Assembly (NCBI GenBank): GCA_002633005.1
Contig: NMRA01000051.1
Coordinates: 933,273 to 997,272 of the forward strand
Length of the DNA stretch: 64,000 nt
Direction of reading: 5' to 3'
Source: Phoronis australis
Taxonomy: Eukaryota; Animalia; Phoronida
The position numbers were made by a program, and so were the translations under genes. The notes under the pieces are model-generated. The model saw only the letters and a program-made list of their open reading frames with translations. It made no database searches and was not told where the DNA came from. This document shows, piece by piece, positions 28,001 to 40,000 of this stretch; position 1 is the stretch's first letter, and each line of letters begins with the position of its first letter.

Positions 28001-31000
28001 GTCAAGTACCACGCTGCCAGGATCCTAGTTTACATGGGGCTGTTCCATTGTCTAGCAGGGAGGGTCGACTTATTTGATCCGAAAGGTGGGTAACACGGAG
28101 AGGAGCTTTGCAGCAAGCTAAATGCATTGATTTATCCAAAGCCAAGCAGACATAAAGCATGTCACGAATATTGCATTGTTACAGTAATACCCCTCCTCCT
28201 TCTATCATAAAAACATTTTTATATAAACCACTTACTGTTATGAAATTGATTGTTTATTGTTCTGTTGTCGAATTGGAGCTGAATTTCAGGACTTAGAAGT
28301 AACTGATACTAGTTAATTATCAAGACCAGGCTTTACAAGTTGGCTTTACATGGCTGGTCATTTTATGTGCCAAGCATGGTCTCGAGGAATAGCGAACTGC
28401 TCGTTCTTTGTGAAACCAGAAATCACCGAGTTCCCTAAGTCAGGAACAAGTTCGCTCTCAGTTAAGACCAATTTGATAGTGATGAGTGGTCTAAATCGAA
28501 AGTTTGCTGCTTTTGCAGAACTCGGCTTTCATAGTCGCTTTAATTGGAACAACTTACATGTTCACTCATAAGTTATAATTCTGAGTGACTAAGTAGATGA
28601 GACTGCCTCAACAGCATCTGTTTTTTTTTGGTACGCATATTGAGAGTATACACCTCTTGTTATGTACTGTACTAGACGACAGCTGCCATGTTGGCTGTAA
28701 TGATCTTGCACTTGCTTGAAGTAATGTGCGTCATTGTGGATGCTCACCTATCGTGCTAAATTTTTCATAACAAAATTTCTCCTGGTGGAAACCAACTCTT
28801 GCCACAGGCACGTATCAACTTGACCACATGCCGCAAAAATTTTTACCACTCGCGGAATACCTTACCATGGAACCTAGGTGAACTCTGCCCATTTTCCAGT
28901 AAGAGTGCTTATGTGTGGTAGGAGTTCAACTAAGTTCTGTGGTAAGCTTTTCTGTGCGTGGTCAAGAGTTTTGCAGCATTTACATGAGTGCATCTTTATC
29001 ACATGCCGCAAAACTCTTACCACGCATAGAAAACCTTACCACGGAACCTGCTTATTGGAATCAATTTTAAGTGCAAGTGACTGATAGCTGCAACACTGTT
29101 TCTAAGAGTTGTTTTTTCATCACTGGCTTTAAAAAACTGTCTGCGGTAGAATGCCCTAGTGGTTGACGTTTAGGCTCTATGGTAAGAATTTGCTGTGCAT
29201 GGTGAGAGGTCTTCTGGTGTGTGGTAAAGGTGCATGCCTGTGGTACCAGTTGGTTTCCACATCCTGATATTGTGAATCACATTACTGTCATAGCGACCGA
29301 CTTCATAAGATGTCTGTTAAAAAATTACCATAACCAGATGAACGTTTTGAAATAACCGTGATAGAACTCCTTAAAATTACCCAGGTAATGCTCTCATTTG
29401 GGACGGTGTGACCGAGGTATTAAACTAATGGACTAGTAATTAGTGTTTTCCTAGTCAAGTTGGTGGTTAACCACTGTGTCGCGCAGGGCTAGGGGAGGAA
29501 GTATTCAATGACCTTGATTGTGGTGGGGGAAATGTGGTAAACCTAGATCTCTTTGTAACTGTAGCTGGTTCTTAGGTAACATTTGTGCCCAAATGACGAA
29601 ATTAATACTTTATAATTGGGACAACATTACTGGTGTCATGCTGTGGAAATGATCAGTTGCTGTTGAAAAGCAAAGCCTGGGTATGTGTTTTAGAAACAAA
29701 TCAGCAGTTTTCAGGGGTGTGTCCAGGGAACTTTCCTAAACGCAAGTGCGCTAAATGGGAGCTTACCTAGGTGTAACCTTGCAATGCGTTTGCCACTGTC
29801 AGAAGTGATTGGTTGGTGGGGGTTGTAATTTTGAATTATATGGGATATGCATTTATTACCGTTTCCGCTTTTTGCTGCAAATTCTTTGCAAGTGTCTTGC
29901 ATCTATACGATGCAGCCTTGTATGTAAGGCTATAAGATGATAAGAACAAATAGCATCTGAAAAACGTTTGGGAGGGTGGCTTGCTTAGTCAAAGCATACT
30001 TTCTAGCTTGGCTAACCAACATAAGATTTGATACTGCCAATCTGTTCAGCCGCATAAACAGCCTGGTAAAATGTAATGCGCATGATGTATTCCGCTGCTG
30101 GATTGTATGGTGATCATAGTGCAATTTTTCTACTGGTTTTGTTGCAGTGTTTACAGATACCCTCAGCCATTCCATCCTGCACGTGCACTCCCCGGAAGAC
30201 AGTTTCATTGAGCTGATGGCCGTGGGCAAGATCATGACCATTGATGGTCGTGGCAAGGTGTTGGCCTCTTCACCCGAAGGCCTCGTTAATCACCTGCTTC
30301 AGGTAAGCTCTACCAGACCCGCATTCCATGAAGCAAGTTTGGTGCCTGCAGAAAAGTGAATTAACACACTTGAGACATTGCCATGCATTACATGCAAAGC
30401 ACATGAATTGATCACAATGACTTGGGTCTCGTGTGTTTTATGTCACAGGTTTATGACCGTCTATATTATAGAGGGTGTCTAAATTATGGGACATACTATT
30501 AGTAAAATGCATTCAACTATGATCTTAAATTTTCAATAGCATTGATGACCTAATATATTCAAATGGGATGACAATTAGACTGCTGCGGAGTTTATTTCAC
30601 TTTTTTCTTAAAACAAACATCATATCATGAAAATGATGCAGAAAATGTAACTTAAAATGTTTGGCGCTATTTCAAAAATCGCGCGAAAATCTGTTGTGTG
30701 TTTTCATGCGCGCGAGGCAGTGGGTTATTAGTAACCAACCATGAAGTGGTTGTGGCTGAATTGGCCAGCCACGGACTTTAAAATATTGATTTCATGTGTA
30801 TCTGTGGCTTTTGAAAAAAAATTATCCGAGACCTTGGCTGAAATTGATGTTGACCGACGGTTTTTATGCACATTGTGCCATCGTCCCCAGCAGTGTCTGG
30901 GGTCCACTGCTGTATTTCCAAAACCTCTTGATGGGCATTCGTGAATTTTGAAGACATGTTCTTGTCATGATGGTAAGGCACAAGCAAATTTTCAGACGGA

Positions 31001-34000
31001 TCTAGTTAGCGCTTTGCCCCCTAATGTCAGTTTTATTTTTTGCATTTGTTTCTTTGTCTTCGAAGTTCTGGCTTTGATGGATTCTCGTGAAAATTGGCAA
31101 ATAGGTACCTACTTAAAGGAGACTATAATGTCTTCCTATTTGTGGATGTATTGAATGTATTCTAGTGACCTATCGGCCAAATTACTATTAGGTTCATTAT
31201 CAAAATTAATTTAATGCGTTCTTACTGGGTGCACCTAGTGGTAGCTCTTTCGCATCTATTGGATCTCTGTTAAATTTGGTAAGTGTATTAATGTGAAAAA
31301 GGATGACGACGACTTTCGGACATAAACCTTTTGCAGGATGTTTGTTAAATTTAGCAAGGGTTTTTTTTTACGGATGTGGCAATGGTTCACTATTGTGCCA
31401 TTAATGGCTATTTCGTTTTTTTTTTCGGTTTCCTCAGTATCTTTAAAGTTTCCTAATGGATTTTTATCGAATTTGGCTAATAGGTTTCAGTACCACCTTC
31501 CCATTTTTGGATGAATTCGGCATATTGTATACCACCTAGTAGTCATTTTTATTATTTTTTTAGTCTGATTTTTGGTCCGACCGCTGTTGTGCCCTCTAGT
31601 GGTGTGTTTTGCTTATGCTTCAATATCTACCTAGTTCCTTGGTGGATCTTGATGAAATTGGTATGTGCTTCTGTCTGTGGGAGTACAACTGACGTGGATT
31701 TTAGGACAAATCTGTCTATTGCGGAGTCCACTTTGTCTAGTGGATTTTATAATAGCAGACTTGGTGCCACCATTTTCAAGAAGAGAAACATCATTAGTCG
31801 TGTAGGCCTATTCCACTTCTTGGCAGTCCAAAATCAATGTTTGGCCTGAATCTACTGGATTACTTTTTGTAGGTTGCTTAAAAGAATAGTCTAAAAGCTA
31901 AGAACAAGCATCAGGTCCAGGAACCATCAAACGTTACTAAAGACTCAACTCAAAATATGGCCAATCACATCGCATGGAGTTGAAAAAAGTACTCAAAGTC
32001 AGGCATGCAATTCACCAATTTTCGAGTAGAGTTGAGTAGAGTTCCATTGTCATGGGCCCTAAAATCCAAAGGAAAGTATTAGAGAGATTGGCCAGCATAT
32101 GAGCTAATGTCTTAGTGCTGTAGTGGCTGCTAATTGGCAAAAAAAGCAAAGGATTTTCATGCACCTGAGGCATCCATTTGAAGATGTTATTTGAGTATAT
32201 AATATCACACCTTGACTTCAGTCAGCAAGTAGCATTTAAATGCGTCATTCTTTTTTATTTAGTTAGACTAAAGTGTGTCCCATAATTTTGAGAGAAGCTA
32301 ATGCACTTCATGGCAAAGTTCTTTTGATCATCAGTTACTTCTTATTGTATGAGTGTACAAATTTTTCTGCTCAACAATCAAGATTAAACTTGCACTGTAA
32401 CGGTGTTAGTGTCCTAGAGATTTGACAGGTCTGGGACATTTGTTCACTCTGGTTGTGATGGGTGCTAATTTTAAGAGCAGTCAGCGATCTCCATAACTGG
32501 TGGATTTTTCTTGAATTAACTGAGAGTGGCCATTAATGAACATTCTCGGGGCACATGACTACTCGAAATTCGAAATTCGAATGGCAAGTTGACAAATTAT
32601 GTTCCATCGTTGGAGTGATTTTTCTGTTTCTCCACGAGTTGTGATCAGTCTTGCTTTTTTAACCAAGTTTCGATTGAAATTTGATAGCCCTTTTCTTTTT
32701 CCACAGACTGTTGTGACAGAGGAGCATGGCTTTCTACTTTCCAATCTCATTCGACTACCAACAGAGGATCATGCCACTGACGATTCACTGTCATCACCTA
32801 GCATCTCTCAGGAGTACCTGCAGAAGCTGGAGCAGACCCCATTCACGGAAATCTGCTTCACGTCTCTCCCTCTTCTTATCCACCCTATGATCTTAATCCG
32901 ACTCCTCGCTCACAAAGTGTTTCACTCGATGGTGCGGCGTAAAATGTCGATTGCTGCAGCTGAAAAGCCAGTGTCGCTTCATACCAAAATCACCAACCAG
33001 TTTCAGAAACGTCCACGCATCAGTTCATGTGGGGATAGTACGATGAGGAAACAGAGGTTTCACCAAGGTCCCAAGAACAGCGATGGCATCCATAAACGCG
33101 CAAAATCTATTGACAAGGAGTACCTATCTAGGAATTCAACAGGCTCAGGCAAAAACAGTGTTACCGGGCTTGCGCTGCAAGCCGTTGTCAGCCATCTGGT
33201 TCTTCCATTAGAGATAACAAAAACGCCGTCACCACAGCCAACGGACTTAGACCTGAGCAAGTGGGAGAACAGTGAGGGGCGGAAATCTTATTGGCAGACC
33301 ATAAAGCGGAGGCTGTCCAAATCTCAGGGGAGCCTAGGGTCTGCATCGCGGAAAAAGAAATCGGAAGAGGTCGACATCGTTGCATTCCAGCGAGAGTTGA
33401 TTAATTTGCCCACGTTTGAGCTAGACACGCCAGAAGCGGGTTTGGCCCGTTACACCTCTGTGCCTATGTTGGACACTCGGGACAACACCGAGGAGGGTAG
33501 TGATATAGAGGAAGATGGTCCCTCCAACTCCAATAAACTTTTTCTCAAAGAGATGAAGAGTTCACTCAGCAGACCTCCGCGGTCACCAAATATCATTGTC
33601 CACAAGTCCATGTCTCATCTTGACAAAAGTTCCGATGAATTGGACAATGATCATTTCCAAGGTGGCTCCGTCACTGACATTACAAAATCCATGGACCATC
33701 TCGGCGTGAAGGAGGAAACGACCAAAAAACTGGAGTTCAAGGCTGGGCTGGGCTCAGAGTCTGGTCTTAGCCATTCGTTTCTGTCCATCAACAGTGATTT
33801 CACTCCATCAATCAGCCCAGGTACATCACGTGTTGGCCTCCATCTTGTAAATCGGACTCCATCAGTGACATCAGAGCAAAGCGGCGCGTCCCGAACAAAT
33901 AATATGTCTACCTCGCCAGTACAAGCTCTTTCACCTGCTTCGAACACAACAGTCGTAGCACGCTCCGTGCCGTCCTCCCCGACTCAGAAAATTCCCAGCC

Positions 34001-37000
34001 AGCACAAAGCAGTCATGCGCTTGTTCGATATTTGGATCACCGTGTGCAAGTCAGATCTGGAGTACCCACAAAGCATTCAACAAGAGATGAGAGCATTCCT
34101 GAATAAAATGAACAGCCTCGGCAATGAATACAACTTGTGGTGTAAACATATGTGGACAGTACTTAATCTTGAGGTAAGGTGTGAGGAAAGTTGGTTGTGT
34201 CAACTGGTTATTACGTTTTACAATTTGGATTTTAGTATTTGCCAGTATTACAAAAAAATTTAGATTCACTATTTAGCATTAGAAATGCAGAGTCATATCA
34301 CATTTTCAAAAATTTTGCAGGTCTTGCATTTTAATGCGCCCCCACATTTCTGTGGGCGCATTACGTTGACGATGATTTTCGGACGAATTCGACCACTGTG
34401 GCACCTTCTAGGGGCTTTTTGCATCCGTGGATGTTTCTCCTACATCCTCTTCAGAATCTTTATTAAATTTGGCAAGTGTATTAATATGAAGTTGACAATA
34501 GACAACGACTTTTGATGGACCTGACGAACGTTGTGCCCTCTAGTGGCAATTTCATTTTTTCCTGTGTTTGAAGTTCATTGACAGATTTTCATGAAATTTG
34601 ATAAATAAGTTTCTAATAAAAAATGATGGCATGTTCTTGTTTTCAGATGGATTTGACGTACGTGCACCATCTAGTACTGGGATTTTCTGTAGATAAGCCC
34701 ATGGGCATGTATTTGGAAAATGAAAATTTTAGGCGTATTGGCAACACCAAATAAACGCCTGGGCCTTTAATCGAAAAAGGGGACATGCAAACGGAAAGTC
34801 ATAGTTTTGCTGACTTAGACATGTTTTACTTAAAACTGTGTTTTTGAATTTTATGTTAATAAATGGACAGTTCGCCAACACCTTGCTCGTTTTTAACAAA
34901 TGATGAATGTTTCATAAAACTGAATTATTGTGACAAAAAGTTGACTGGGAGTGGGCTTCTTAGAGGAAATTTTCCAAATAAAGGCCCTATTATCTGGACA
35001 CTTGGCACACAAAGTTGTAGCACCAAATAAACACCCATGGGCATTCATATGGTATAATTTCATGAATAAATAATTAATGTCCATCTGGTGGGCTTATCTA
35101 TGTAAAACCTCTGGCCGGTAGCCATTTTTTGCTGCTTTCTTAAGTCTCTTTTTGGCGTACGCCCCTCTATCAACCAAACAACTACAAGGATGATTGTGAA
35201 AATTGGTGTGTATGTTAACTTTCTAGTGTGAAGAGGACGGCTGATGAGGATTTTTGGAGTACTTCAACTAATATGGCGTCTCCTAGTGGCAATTTTTTGG
35301 TGTCTATAGCTGTGTCTCCTAATTACCCTGTGCAGGATCATTCTTAAATTTAGCAAGTGTTTATGGATGACGATATTTAGATGGATCCAACTACTGCTGT
35401 GCCAGTGGCAATTTTTTTCTGTTATCTTCAGTATCGTTGAAGCGCTGTGATGCATATTTATGAAATTTAATAAATAGGTTTCTGTTAAGGAGACATATGT
35501 TCATTTCTCCAGAGGATTCAATGTATAGTGGCCATTTTTATGCGCCCACATATTTATATGTGGACGCATTATGTCGTCATCTCCGTCCGGGCGGCGTTCG
35601 TCCGACGTCCGCTGCTTTATCTCCAAAACCCTTTGACATATGTTCATGAAATTTGGCGTATATGTTCCATTCATAACTGGGACGGCATGTGCGAAGTTTC
35701 GGACGGATCCGAGTACCGGTGTGCCCCCTAGTGGCAATTTTAGTTCTTTACGCTTACCTTTGTATCTTCAAAAGTCCTGAACGGATTTTCATGAAATTTG
35801 GTATGTAGGCACCTATTAGTGAGATGACGCTATCCTCCCGTTTTCAGATGGATTTGACATAGTTTGCGCTACCTAGTGGCCATTTTTCGAGTCTGTATTT
35901 TTGCGTCCACCCCTCTATCAACCAAACCGCTCAAAGGATGATTGTGAAAATTGTCATGTATGTGCTTACTATAAAGAGGACAGCTGACAATGATTTTCAG
36001 ACGATTTGGAGTACTGTGGCGCCTCCTAGTGGCAGTTTTGTTTTTTTGCGCCTATGGCTGTATCTCCTAAACCGTTGGCAGGATCTTTACGAAATTTAAT
36101 AAGTGTATTTATATGATGTTAACAACAAACGATGACGACTTTTGGACGGATCCGCCTACCGGTGTGCCCCATGGTAGCAATTTTATTTTTTTACGTTTAC
36201 CTCTGTATCTTCACAAGTCCTTAACTGATTTTCATAAAATTTGGTATGTAGACACCTATTAGAGCGATGACGCTATCCTCCCGTTTTCGGATGGATTCGA
36301 CCTAGTTTGTGACACCCAGTGGCCATTTTTACTGTTTTTGAGTCTGTTTTTTTTGCATCCACCCCTCTGTCAACCAAATCGCTCAAAGGGTGATTGTGAA
36401 AATTGGCATGTATGTGCTTACTACGAAGAGGACGATTGACGATGATTTTCCGACGATTTCGACTACTGTGGCGCCTCCTAGTGGCAGTTTTGTTTTTGTT
36501 GCGCCTGAGTCTGTTTTTTGGCGTCCACCCCTCTATCAACCAAACCGCTCTAAGTATGATTGTGAAAATTGGCATGTATGCTCTTACTATGAAGAGTACG
36601 GTTGACGCTGAATTTCTCATGACTTTGATTACTGTGGCGCCTCCTAGTGGCAGTTTTTTTTTTGCGCCCATGGCTGTATCTCCCAAACCGTTTGCAGGAT
36701 CTTTACTAAATTTAGCAAGTGTATTTATGTGATATTGACTACGGACGATGACGACTTTAGAATGATTCTGACTACCGGTATGCCTCTAGTGGCAATTTTA
36801 GTATTTTACATTGACCTCTGTATTTTCATATGTCTTCAGGTGTATACTTTGTGTTACTTCGTGACTATGAATGAAAAGTTCCAAGTAGAAATTTGTTTCT
36901 GGCATTCTAATGCTGTGCTAATCTCGTATGTTGGTAAATTTGTTTTTAATTCTATGTTTCTGTGGTGCTTTAAGCAACTGATGTATAGGATGTGCTTGTA

Positions 37001-40000
37001 TTATGAAGATCACTCACATTTTGCCCCTAGCCTATTGAGGAGACAATGACCATGACTTTCCATTTTGCAAAGTACAACATACTACATATATGCCCTCTAC
37101 TGGCCACTTTATGGTACCAATAAACAACCCTAAAAGGATACCGTATACGGTGCAATTGTGGGCGCATTTCAACGCTCTGCGTTGCTCTTGTTATTGTCTT
37201 GAAATTATGCACATACTAGATTTCTGTTAAGGAAATGACGTCTTCTCATTTTCGGGCGGATTTGGCATATTCTGCACTGTCCTTTACCCTTTGCAAGGTG
37301 CTTGTGAAATTTAGTGTTCCTATGGAGATGGCAATAAATGACGAGGAGTTTCAGACCAGTCCAACTACAGCTGTGGCAATTTTATATTTATGTTAATTGC
37401 CCCTGTAACTTCATAGTTCCTTCAACGATACTTTTTCATGAAATTTGGCAAACAAATTTCTTTTATGAAGACAACAGCACCTTTCCATTCTGTGATGGAT
37501 TCAACATATACTGCACCAATTAGTGGCCATTTTAATTATTTCTGAGTGTTTTTCCCATCTGCTTTTATATCCATCAAACCCCCGCAAAGGATCATTATGA
37601 ATATTGGCAGATGTCATCCTACTGACAAGAGCATGATTGCCAGTGGATTTTCAGACCAGTCAAACTACTATGGTACCCCATAGTGTCATTTGTTTCCTAT
37701 CTCTGGCTGTATCTCCTAAACCCCTTGCAAGATGTGTATTGAAACTTTGCAATTGGACTCCTATTAAGTTGACAACAGATGAAGGGATTCCACTACCACT
37801 GTGGTTCCTAATGGCAATTTCTTTTTTTTGCATTTGCCTTTGTATTTGTGGGTGGGGTCAGTGTATTCTGTGCCGCTATAGTGGCCAAATAAACAACCCT
37901 AAGAAGCACACCATTTGCAGTGCAGTCACGGGTGCATTTCAATGTTCTCCTTTGTGCTTGTTTCCAATTCAGGTAACCATGGGGCACTTTTTTACAAAAT
38001 TGTGTTTGGAGTATTCTGTGTGCTCGTACAACAGCTGCACCCATTGTGTGCGCTCGGGGAGTTGAGAAGGGTTAAATTTGACTAGCTCAATATCCAGGTC
38101 ATAGAGTGCAGTAATTTATGGTGCTAGGTAAATATGGCCTAGGCTTATTTTTACTTATTGTTTTTATATATGTGGGTGCATATTGCTGTCATCTCTGTCC
38201 GGGCATCCGTCATCCGGCGTTCGCAACTGTATCTCCTAAGCCCGTCATGGGATCTTGATGAGATTTGACATATGTGTTCCTATGAAGCTGGTGACGTATG
38301 ACGACGAATTTCAGACCTATCCGAGTACAGGTGTGTCCCCTAGTGGCAATTTTATTTTTTTACGTTTAGGTCTGTAATCTTCAGGGGTCCTCAATGGATT
38401 TTCATAAAATTTGGCAGATAGGCATCTATTAGTAAGGTGACGCTATCCATTTGTTTTGGGATTGATTCAAGGTATTTTGCTCCACCTGCCCGGGTGAGAA
38501 TTTTACACATTTGACACACTAACGTGTCAAATTTTATACATTTGACACATAACATGGCACATTATTGCACGTTTGACATGCTAGCGCTCAAGAGCGTGTC
38601 AGGCGTGTAAAATTCTCACTCAGGTAGTGGCCGTTTTTATTGTTTTCTGCCCCTCTGTCAACCAAACCACTTTAAGGGTGATTTTGGAAATTGGCATATA
38701 TGTTCCTACTGTAAAGAGGACGGCTGTCGATGAGTTTCCGACGACCTTGGCTATTGTGGTGCCTCCTAGTGGCAGTTTTGTTTACGCCATGGCTGTATAT
38801 CCCAAACCCTGCAGGATCTTTATTAAATTTAGCAAATGTATTTATAATAAGTTGACAACGGACGGCGACAACTTTTAGACGAATCCGACAAACACTGTGC
38901 CCCCTAGTGGCAATTTATTTTTTTCCGTTTTCTTTTTTTTCTTAAATTCAAGCTCCTTGGCAGATTTTTATGAAATTTGGTAAATAGATTTCTATTGAAA
39001 CGATGACATCTTCCTGTTTTCAGATGGATTTGACTAATGTTGTGCCATCTAGTAACCATTTCACTGTTTTGTAGTCAGTTTTTTGTGTCCACTCTTTCAA
39101 CCATATCACTCTATGATCATTGTGAAAATTGGCATATATGTTCTTAGTGTGAAGAGGACGGTTGACGATGATTTTCCTACGACTTCAACTACTGTGGCGC
39201 CTCCATTGTAGCAGTTATGTTTTTTGCGCCCATAGCCCCCTAGTGGCAATTTTATTTTTTTCCCGTTTTCCTCTGTTTCTCTGAAGTTTCTTCATGGATT
39301 TTTATTGTATTTGGTAAATATCTATTAAAGAAGCGATGACAAGTTCCCGTTTTCGAATGGATTCAAATTATTTTGCGCCATCTAGTGGCCATTTTTGTGA
39401 TACAAATAAACACCCCTAGAAGCACACCATTTGCAGTGCCTTCGTGGGCGTATTTCAACGCTCCGGGTTGCTATTGTCACTTTGGCAGTTTAATTTAATT
39501 TCACTGGGTCCAAAATGACATCGTACTGAACAAGTGAATATTAAGGAAATGAAAAATGGATTGCAATTATTCGTTACCTATCATTGAATAGATGTTAAAA
39601 CTATAGTACATAGTAAAAATTTGGGAAACTATCATTTATACATAGTTTGTGCTGCACCAAAAATCATCTGTTGCAAAGTAGTTAGTGTTTAAGTACTTTG
39701 AAAAATGGCCATATTCTGTGCAAAGGAATGGGGGTCCTCACCCGAAACAATTTACTTATCAGAATACACAGGTATGTGTCATTGTTGAATTTGATGAAAA
39801 ACAGATGAAATAATTATAGGCTTCAGTTACCTTAAGACAAGTCTGGGATAATGGTCAATCCTTCACCTTGTTGTCACCGTTTTTCATGCCTTGTTCTTGT
39901 TTAATCCTGGTGGTTAACTGGGTTATCTGAGAAAAAAATTATGTTTGGTTAGCTGCTAGTTGGCTTCCTGTGATAATGCTGTGATGTTATAGTTGTGATG

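Larger units (their letters stand above)
34329..37963 (+). mobile_element. HINE family 1, copy D, interrupted by copy E and by a MITE
   Basis: 5' hairpin AATGCGCCCCCACA..TGTGGGCGCATT; 3' end aaacaaccctaagaagcacacc...gggtgcatttcaa...gcttgtt. Confidence 0.7.

Noticed and set aside
28086-28095. Alternative donor GG|gtaaca 4 nt downstream of the exon 5 donor
   Set aside because: Gives phase 2, which is incompatible with the phase-1 acceptor of exon 6.
36273-38065. ORFs of 100-142 aa on both strands
   Set aside because: Lie within the non-coding HINE tandem array; frames are not preserved between homologous units.
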